A stretch of DNA of 64,000 nucleotides, from positions 1 through 64,000 of IMG/VR virus record IMGVR_UViG_2852055501_000011; one strand, 5' to 3'. This document shows, one piece after another, positions 57,273 through 64,000 of this stretch (its first letter is position 1; the number at the start of each line of letters is the position of its first letter). Position numbers and translations under genes: made by a program. Origin of the DNA: a virus (lineage: Duplodnaviria; Caudoviricetes). The notes beneath the pieces are model-generated. The model searched no databases. It had not been told where the DNA came from and saw only the letters and a program-made list of their open reading frames with translations.

Positions 57273-57710
57273 TTACTTGAACACAACGCGAACCAGCTCA
57301 CCCGCCTTAGCGGTCAGTGCTGAATCTTCTTCGACATAGGCGAATACAACTTCACCTTCCGCAGCGGTGGCCGCTGTGATCTGGCCGTTGGCAACAATCA
57401 CCGGCTGGCCTTTTTTGTACGTGCCGGCAGCAGCGCGGACGTTCAGGAATAATCCCTGCAATGGCTGGATTGCAACCACCCAATCACCGGCCTTCAGGTC
57501 GTCATCTACACCTTTGCAGCGCAGATAATCCATGTTTGCCACGTACAGGATTGCCGACTCTTTACCATCTACTGAGGCTTTGAACTTGCCGCCATCGAAA
57601 AAGCCTACCGTGCCTGGCTTAATGTCTGCTAACGCCTCGCCTTCACGATTTAACAGCGGGTTAGGAAAAATACCGCCCGCATGAATCACACGTTTTGTTT
57701 TGTTCGCCAT
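57273..57710 (-). CDS. Head decoration / cement protein
   Basis: Beta-rich 145 aa between scaffold/protease and capsid genes. Confidence 0.7.
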   Translation of the reverse strand: MANKTKRVIHAGGIFPNPLLNREGEALADIKPGTVGFFDGGKFKASVDGKESAILYVANMDYLRCKGVDDDLKAGDWVVAIQPLQGLFLNVRAAAGTYKKGQPVIVANGQITAATAAEGEVVFAYVEEDSALTAKAGELVRVVFK

Positions 57711-57716
57711 TTCGTT

Positions 57717-59120
57717 TTACTCCGGCATTTCTGATACTGAGGTGGAAGAGTTCTGCTGAGAATGGAACGAGCCATTCAGCCCCTGAACCGGTGCGCACTG
57801 TGCATACAGTTCTTTCAGCGGGTCGCCGTCCAGCGCATTCACCGTCGTTTCTGAGAAGCCAAACTTGGATTTCACCGCTTCACGCATGGCTGATTTTTCT
57901 TTATCAGCGTTTGCGTTTAACTGACTTTTAAGTGCGCTGATTTCATCAGTGAGCGGCTTGAGTGCGGCATTCACTGCTGCGGTGACGTCATCTGTGTTAG
58001 CGGCCTTGTCTTTGGCCTCTTTCTCTGCTTTCTCACGCGCCGCTTTCTCTTCCGGCGTTTCTTCGCCTTTTGATTCATTGGCAATCATCTGGTTGTACGC
58101 ATCCATCAGCTCAACATCGGATTTTCCGTCTGTGTCGATGCCTTTTGCCTTCAGCGCGTTTGTGATGAGTTGTTTCATCGGGTCGTTTTCCTTATTGGTT
58201 TTTACTTCGTACTCTGTTGGCTTGCGCACAACTTCAATGGGCTCACCGACAAGATCAGCTTCGCCGTTGTCGTCGATGAGATACTTTTGCTGGTAGGTTT
58301 TACCGGATGTGTAGTAGATGAATTTGTCAGGCCAGACTGCTTCCGGATAAGGCCAGTCGTCATCAGGAAATTTCGACCTTAATGCAGCACGTAATGCACT
58401 GTGGATATCATCGAAAGAGAGATTTGACCCGTTGGTGAAGAAGAATTTCACCTTGCTGAGAATGCCCGCTTTCGTACAATTTGCCGCATCAATCAGGCTG
58501 GCATTTTCGATATCGCATTTCTGCCCGTCATCGTTAACGAACATCCCGACACCATCCTCCGGTGTGGCTGCTGCCGGCTCACTCGCCGGAAGAATGGCGA
58601 TGTGGTCAAAGTGCATGTTTCGGGCTACCCATGTATATGGCTTACCCTTTGACTTACCTTTGTTCTGCTCGCGCTGCAGCAGCAATCCGGTTGATACGTG
58701 GATCGGGTCTTTGCTGTTACCGGCAATGATGTCATCCACTCGGGCAAGGAACTCTTTGCCTTTTTCGGTGGCATCCGCGAAACGGCGGTTGACCTTCACG
58801 TCCATGACGACTCTTTCACCATCTTTGCGGACATTTTCAGCCCATGCGCCGATGTGAAACTGGTTTACCGCTCTCGGCGTGTCAGCCGATACGTAATCTG
58901 TGCCGATTTTAGGGTGTCCGTACGGGCACTGCTTCCCCTCCATCGACTTAAAGCTTTTGTTAATTTCGCTGGCCGGATATAGCCCCCCGTTCATCACAAC
59001 GTCATCAACAACAGGCACAACGCCGCGAATGACGATATGCTCGTCACCGTCGATGATTTCAGTTGAGATATTAGAGGAGTTGATAGCCAGCGATTTAACA
59101 TGAATACCCGAAAGCTTCAT
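57717..59120 (-). CDS. Prohead protease / scaffold (DUF2213-like)
   Basis: VMNGGLYP, PYGHP, HVSTGL and FDHIAIL motifs; acidic Ala-rich C-terminal scaffold. Confidence 0.8.
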   Translation of the reverse strand: MKLSGIHVKSLAINSSNISTEIIDGDEHIVIRGVVPVVDDVVMNGGLYPASEINKSFKSMEGKQCPYGHPKIGTDYVSADTPRAVNQFHIGAWAENVRKDGERVVMDVKVNRRFADATEKGKEFLARVDDIIAGNSKDPIHVSTGLLLQREQNKGKSKGKPYTWVARNMHFDHIAILPASEPAAATPEDGVGMFVNDDGQKCDIENASLIDAANCTKAGILSKVKFFFTNGSNLSFDDIHSALRAALRSKFPDDDWPYPEAVWPDKFIYYTSGKTYQQKYLIDDNGEADLVGEPIEVVRKPTEYEVKTNKENDPMKQLITNALKAKGIDTDGKSDVELMDAYNQMIANESKGEETPEEKAAREKAEKEAKDKAANTDDVTAAVNAALKPLTDEISALKSQLNANADKEKSAMREAVKSKFGFSETTVNALDGDPLKELYAQCAPVQGLNGSFHSQQNSSTSVSEMPE

Positions 59121-59139
59121 GTGGTGGCCTCTTTGGTTA

Positions 59140-60132
59140 TTAATCTTCTTCTGCTGACCAGGCTTTCCGCTCTGCTGCCAGCCGGTCAATAATGCCTTTG
59201 TTGTAAATCGTCCCGTCATCATTCAGTAATACCGGCTGTGTCGCGCAGTAGCAGTTAAACCGGTTGCCGCCGTCGGCATAGAACGCTTCGACCTCTTCGA
59301 CAGTGAACACCTTGCCGTGTCGTGCTGCATGCCAGCTGCGTGTAGTCGGTTTCAGCGCAGATAGCCACAGCAGACCGGTACGCAAACCGAGCCGCTCACT
59401 TGCCCACGTGGTTTCATTCCAGTTTGCACTACGTAACGCGCCTACCTGTTCCGTCTGAGCTATGCGCTTTGCGTTGCTCATTGAGACATCCAGCCTCTGA
59501 CTAACGATTCTGGCTGTTTCTCTCGGGTTGACACCCCTGGCTATCGACATGCCGATAATGTTCGACAGGTCAGCGCGGGCGGCATCAGAAATACCTTTCC
59601 AGTCGCTGAACGTTGAGATAAACGCTGCGGCTAGCTGGTTCTGATATGCAGGCTGCGACATCAGGTAAGTGAGCGTTGTCTGTGACGCATACACCTCTGA
59701 CTGTAGCGACAGATTGGTGTACGCATTCAGCGTACCGCGATCATACTCAGCTGCGACATGGCTGAACGCCCACAGATTTTCATTCCCGCCATCAAGCAGA
59801 TATTCATCCAGAATGGATTGCAGCCTCTCAAGGAAACGCGCGTACTCGTCAGGACGCTCAGTGAGGTCATACGAATAAACACCAGCGTTAACCCTGATAA
59901 GCGAATCTGGTTCGTTCTGTGCGTTTTTAGCGAGGATGTAGCTGTAGAGTGAGTTCTGATTTCGCTCTCTGCCGGTGAATGACAGATCGAACAGCTGGCG
60001 GAGTTCTTTTTTCAGTCCGTGATACCGCTTTTCAATATCGCGGTACATCTTTCTGACTGGCTTTCCTGACTGTGTCGGGTCGGCCTTATTTCCCGGTATT
60101 ATCGGCGACCCTGTTCTCTGGTTCTTTATCAT
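59140..60132 (-). CDS. Head morphogenesis protein (Mu gpF / SPP1 gp7-like)
   Basis: AKRIAQTE, WLSAL..TTR.WHAARHG and NCYC motifs. Confidence 0.88.
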   Translation of the reverse strand: MIKNQRTGSPIIPGNKADPTQSGKPVRKMYRDIEKRYHGLKKELRQLFDLSFTGRERNQNSLYSYILAKNAQNEPDSLIRVNAGVYSYDLTERPDEYARFLERLQSILDEYLLDGGNENLWAFSHVAAEYDRGTLNAYTNLSLQSEVYASQTTLTYLMSQPAYQNQLAAAFISTFSDWKGISDAARADLSNIIGMSIARGVNPRETARIVSQRLDVSMSNAKRIAQTEQVGALRSANWNETTWASERLGLRTGLLWLSALKPTTRSWHAARHGKVFTVEEVEAFYADGGNRFNCYCATQPVLLNDDGTIYNKGIIDRLAAERKAWSAEED

Positions 60133-61531
60133 CAGTTAACGGGTCTCCTTTGGGTACGGTTTCCGGTGGTTCAATACTTTCAAACTCGGTCAGGGTCGGA
60201 TATTCCCCCAACGCCCTGATTTCGTTCTCCTGGAATACCGAATGACCGAATGCCTGCTGTGTTTTAACAGCGACATCGGCAGCTTTGTTCATCGAGTCGA
60301 TTTTCTCAGCCTTACTCGGTGCCAGTAAATCAGACCAACTGACGGTGATTTCCTCTCTTGGCTCGATAATGCCGAGCGCCCAGAATCGTGATACCACGGA
60401 CTCAATCACTGATTTCAGAAATCCTGTGCGCCGTGACATGCACGTTTTCGCCCAATCCTTCATGTCCTCTGTTGATGCCCGTTCACCGGTAATCTGACCA
60501 ATCAGCACCTTAACCGGCATATTGATTGAGGCGGCGAATTCAGCCAGTGCGGTACGCCATGTCGGTTCAGGGTCAGCCGGTGCAACGGAAAGCACACTTG
60601 CCGTTCCTTCCTGCATCATCACTGATGCGTCAATGCTCTCGTTTAGTCTGCGAACCTGCTCATCAAGTGCATCGGCAAGGCCGTCCATATTGGTGCCTAA
60701 TGCCTCCGCCAGGCGCTGGAAGTCGGTTTCTTTGCTGAACGCATAGTTGAGCTGACGACTGGCGTTTTTCAGGAATCCTTCAGCACTGCCGCCCGATACC
60801 TTTTCAGCATCAATGAGCTTGTTGTAGCCTTTCCGCAGTAGTGGGGTTCCAGATGTTAACTTTCCGTCCGCCGCCCCTTCAGCAAGAATGATTACGCGAT
60901 CAGGGTGAATATCAATAATCCGACCGGGAGAGCCATCTGATTCCTTGCCGACATGCAATTCCGTGAATGAGTACAGCGCCGGATAGCCGTAATCCTCACT
61001 GAGCTGGTCTTCATTCCAGCGCCTCACATCAAGCTGCTCTTCCCATGCGGGGATCATGCGGATAATGGCCTTGTCTTTCAGGCGGGAAACCACAGCTCTG
61101 TCGACCGGTTCATCCCATTTTCGTCCATCACGCAACTGAATAATCAGACCTGAATACCGGCCAACCAGGTTACGCTTGTCTGCCTCTTTGATCTGCTCCC
61201 AGTGTGATTTAAGCAACTTGTTCAGCTTGTTATCCCAATCAGTAGAACCGTCTTGGTCTGCTTCTTCGTCACCTTCGAATATTTCAGGAACATCAATCCA
61301 GCAGCCGGAGATATACCGGTCTACTGCCGCACCACCCAAAGCGTTACGGTCATAGGCGTTGTAAAAGTCATTAAACGTCAGCACTTCCGGATAACCGAAC
61401 TCGCGCCAGATGCGCGGGCGCTTTGTGTTGCCGGTTCCGATGCCGCCGGTTGCATATGTCATTCTGGCTCTTGCTACCGCGCTGATAGCGTTATTCACCG
61501 CCAATGACAGCCTGTCTCTGTTTACTTCCAT
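60086..61531 (-). CDS. Portal protein (DUF1073-like)
   Basis: Directly after terL; EFGYP, IHPDRVIIL and GGSAEGFLKNASRQL motifs. Confidence 0.85.
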   Translation of the reverse strand: MEVNRDRLSLAVNNAISAVARARMTYATGGIGTGNTKRPRIWREFGYPEVLTFNDFYNAYDRNALGGAAVDRYISGCWIDVPEIFEGDEEADQDGSTDWDNKLNKLLKSHWEQIKEADKRNLVGRYSGLIIQLRDGRKWDEPVDRAVVSRLKDKAIIRMIPAWEEQLDVRRWNEDQLSEDYGYPALYSFTELHVGKESDGSPGRIIDIHPDRVIILAEGAADGKLTSGTPLLRKGYNKLIDAEKVSGGSAEGFLKNASRQLNYAFSKETDFQRLAEALGTNMDGLADALDEQVRRLNESIDASVMMQEGTASVLSVAPADPEPTWRTALAEFAASINMPVKVLIGQITGERASTEDMKDWAKTCMSRRTGFLKSVIESVVSRFWALGIIEPREEITVSWSDLLAPSKAEKIDSMNKAADVAVKTQQAFGHSVFQENEIRALGEYPTLTEFESIEPPETVPKGDPLTDDKEPENRVADNTGK

Positions 61532-61542
61532 TGTTGCCCTCA

Positions 61543-63024
61543 TTAACGTTTACGAACCAGCATGCCTGAGTGAGATTTCTTATTACGGCGACTGACCGCG
61601 AAATAACGGAATCCGTCAGCGTCGTGTGATGTGTAGTCGTGAAGTGGTTTATCTTTCCAGCACCCGCGTTTGCCATCCCATTCTTTCCGGTACGCCTCAA
61701 GGTGGGTAATGCCTTCGCCACACTTGTTCTCATCGAATACACAGAGCGGCAGGATTTCGCGCACTGCCTCAATACCCTCATCAACGGATAGCTTCGGCAC
61801 CACCTCAAAGCGGATGGAATAGGTTTGCCCGTCAATTTCGTACCCTTCCCGCGCCAGTTCCCGGCGTGATTTCGCGTCTGAACCGAACTCGCGGTTGTCG
61901 ATATCATGCGGCCCGTTGTGGCTGGCATATTCATAGCCTTTGTCTTTCAGTACTTTCATGTAGTGCCGCAGACCTTCGCCACTGTTTGAGTAGTGATCGA
62001 TGATGTGAAATTCTTCACCGACTTCACGCACAAACCAAATTGACGTTGAGTCACCCACGCCGATATCCCAGTACGTATGCACCGGCAGATGTGAGTTATC
62101 AGGGACTTCACCAATGCGTTTATTTTCGTACAGCCAGCGGAATTGCTTCGCGTAATACGCACCATCAACAGACTGCTGAAATGCCTCTGACGGTATCGAC
62201 GGGTATTCCCTCTTCATATCGTCGCCGAGTGTTTTTTCTTTGGCGTAGTACCAGGCTTTCTGCCGGTCGTTGAGCGTAATTCCGTACTTGCCGGATAGCT
62301 CAGCAAAATAATCAGACAGGCGTTGCGGAAGTTGCTCAACAGGGTCGATTGCGTACTGCGGGTTCTTCCACCAGGAGAAGAAGAAAAACTTCCAGTCCAG
62401 CGGAGATAATGATTTGCCCTGCATCAGTGCTTTTTCAGCCAACTGGCAGTAGTCAAAGAAATAACCGGCCCGCCCTTCTGCCGTGCTCTCAATAGTCGTA
62501 AAGCATTCTGTTGATACCGCCTCAAACGCCCCTGTGACAATCTCACGGGCTTTCTCTGGCTGCTTGGCGCATATCTTCCCGAACTCTGATACGTGCAGGT
62601 AACGCAGCGTACCGCCACGAAACGACACGGACACAGTCACTGAGCCGCCTTTGCTGAATACCAGTTCACCGGCGGAGTCATTACTCGCGGGGTTGGCTGC
62701 TTTGATTTCGTCTGGCAGGCGCTCGTAGGCATATTTGATTTTCTCTCGGAACAAGCGCTTTGCGTCCGGCAGGGTGTGTGCAATCAGTGCGCACTTCGCG
62801 GATTCAAATATGGCCGCGTCCAGCTGGATGATGCAGACCTCTGTCGTAAAACCAAGCTGACGGGCTTTCAGAATGATGTTGCGGTTGTGAATACCTTCGA
62901 AATATTCCGTTTGCTCAGGCGTCATTTTAAAGCGAACCGGGCGACCTTCTTTATCGGTGATCCAGTACAGATTATTCAGACGCCATTGCTTATTACGCAG
63001 TAACGCTAAATGCTCTGGCTTCAT
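61543..63024 (-). CDS. Terminase large subunit
   Basis: ILKARQLGFTT, LHVSEFG, IESTAEG, WDIGVGDST and SHDADGFRY motifs. Confidence 0.95.
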   Translation of the reverse strand: MKPEHLALLRNKQWRLNNLYWITDKEGRPVRFKMTPEQTEYFEGIHNRNIILKARQLGFTTEVCIIQLDAAIFESAKCALIAHTLPDAKRLFREKIKYAYERLPDEIKAANPASNDSAGELVFSKGGSVTVSVSFRGGTLRYLHVSEFGKICAKQPEKAREIVTGAFEAVSTECFTTIESTAEGRAGYFFDYCQLAEKALMQGKSLSPLDWKFFFFSWWKNPQYAIDPVEQLPQRLSDYFAELSGKYGITLNDRQKAWYYAKEKTLGDDMKREYPSIPSEAFQQSVDGAYYAKQFRWLYENKRIGEVPDNSHLPVHTYWDIGVGDSTSIWFVREVGEEFHIIDHYSNSGEGLRHYMKVLKDKGYEYASHNGPHDIDNREFGSDAKSRRELAREGYEIDGQTYSIRFEVVPKLSVDEGIEAVREILPLCVFDENKCGEGITHLEAYRKEWDGKRGCWKDKPLHDYTSHDADGFRYFAVSRRNKKSHSGMLVRKR

Positions 63025-63025
63025 G

Positions 63026-63628
63026 TTATTTGCTCGATAGTTCGTCCATCAGGTCGGATAGCTGGCTGGCTGTTTTATTCGGCTGCATGTCATCAAGTCC
63101 ATACGCCTGACGCTCAAGACCGATAAGGTTCTTCAGTGTTTCGCTCAGCGCTTTGGCTGATTTAACCCGCTCAGGCAGAGAGATTACCGCATGGTAAAGC
63201 TCATTCAGCTTGTCTCGCCCGTTGTCATCAGGCTCAATCATCAGCTCACCGAGTTTCTCCAGCGCGGCCACATCGGCACACTCTGCACTCAGCTCGTCAA
63301 ACAGCGCGTTAGCCAATTCACGCGCTCGCCGGATGTCGCCGCGATGCTCCATTCGAACATTGGTTATTACCTCTGCGGTAGCTTCGATAAGTACGCGTTC
63401 CGATAGCGCCGTTTCACTGCGTACCTGACTGCGTACCTCCTGTTTGCGTACCATGTCATCAGACCTGGCTTTTATCTTCGCATTCAGGTCACGCGACCAA
63501 TCGTCACGCTTTGCTCTCTTTCTTATCGCCCCTTCGGATATGTCGTGCTGTGAGGCAATTTCACGGAGTGACATCACGCCAGCTCTGTAAGCCGACTCGA
63601 TGGCCTCCCAGTCTGGTCTTTTAGCCAT
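63026..63628 (-). CDS. Terminase small subunit
   Basis: PDWEAIESAYRAG.MSLREIA..ISEGAIRKRAKRDDW HTH; upstream of terL. Confidence 0.85.
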   Translation of the reverse strand: MAKRPDWEAIESAYRAGVMSLREIASQHDISEGAIRKRAKRDDWSRDLNAKIKARSDDMVRKQEVRSQVRSETALSERVLIEATAEVITNVRMEHRGDIRRARELANALFDELSAECADVAALEKLGELMIEPDDNGRDKLNELYHAVISLPERVKSAKALSETLKNLIGLERQAYGLDDMQPNKTASQLSDLMDELSSK

Positions 63629-63630
63629 TC

Positions 63631-63828
63631 CTATTCCTTACTCTTTTCCTCAGCTACCGGAATGTATCTGATGTCGCTGATTTCATCCGGTGCGATATAT
63701 GTCCATGAGCCATCCAGACCGGCAATGCCAATCAGTCCGTTAGTAATGCGCGGCTCTTTCGTTGTCATCAATCCGTGATATGTCGTGCCGTCCTTTTTGG
63801 TTGCTGTGACTTCGTATTTTTCAGCCAT
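63631..63828 (-). CDS. Hypothetical protein
   Basis: ~65 aa; GAGG SD; ends 2 nt before terS. Confidence 0.6.
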   Translation of the reverse strand: MAEKYEVTATKKDGTTYHGLMTTKEPRITNGLIGIAGLDGSWTYIAPDEISDIRYIPVAEEKSKE

Positions 63829-64000
63829 GTCCACCTCAGTTGATTGATGTTCACCATTTCTTCCACCACGGCAGGTGTCGCCGCATATGAGGGTGTCTTT
63901 ATCCCGGTGTTACCGATTATTCTGGATGTCCACACGCTAGCTGTGAGGAGTGGCACAGGTCGTGGCTAATGTGGCAGATGAGATCGGCGGCTCGTAGGTA

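Larger units (their letters stand above)
36718..64000. mobile_element. Prophage 2 (siphovirus with tailspike, gtr cassette and immI-like module); continues beyond the window
   Basis: att, then gtrABC, tailspike, tail, head and terminase genes; putative arm repeats TCCGCCCCAT x2 near 36835-36855. Confidence 0.93.

Noticed and set aside
60086-61531. Anti-CBASS Acb1, a label sometimes attached to this family
   Set aside because: Size, motifs and position between terL and the gpF-like gene indicate the portal protein

Overview
The window holds a short chromosomal segment followed by two tandem siphovirus prophages. The host is probably an Enterobacterales member such as Morganella (inferred from tpl and gene content; not verifiable here). 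Positions 1-3500 carry tyrosine phenol-lyase (tpl), an aromatic amino acid permease and an AT-rich upstream region with TyrR boxes. Positions ~3600-4320 are a scrambled, decayed Tn3-family transposase. Prophage 1 (~4436-36670) has an HK97-type head, a lambda-type tail and an SfV/ST64B-like early region ending in an AlpA excisionase; no integrase or left att is visible. The 3' half of tRNA-Arg(UCU) at 36673-36717 is the att junction between the two elements. Prophage 2 (36718 to beyond 64000) carries a holE/Hot homolog, a gtrABC O-antigen glucosylation cassette, a tailspike, tail and head genes, two morons and a P22 immI-like module. Four observations stand out. (1) An HD phosphohydrolase is fused to an RNA polymerase alpha-CTD-like domain. 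(2) In the immI-like module the Mnt position holds a CI/LexA-type repressor lacking both its catalytic serine and its cleavage site, next to Arc and two antirepressors that each have a sar-like antisense RNA. (3) A near-consensus LexA box lies inside the first codons of a DNA methyltransferase, beside a candidate antisense RNA. (4) The lysis region contains an unannotated lipoprotein and candidate convergent sRNAs. All family assignments come from motif recognition by eye; no database searches were run.
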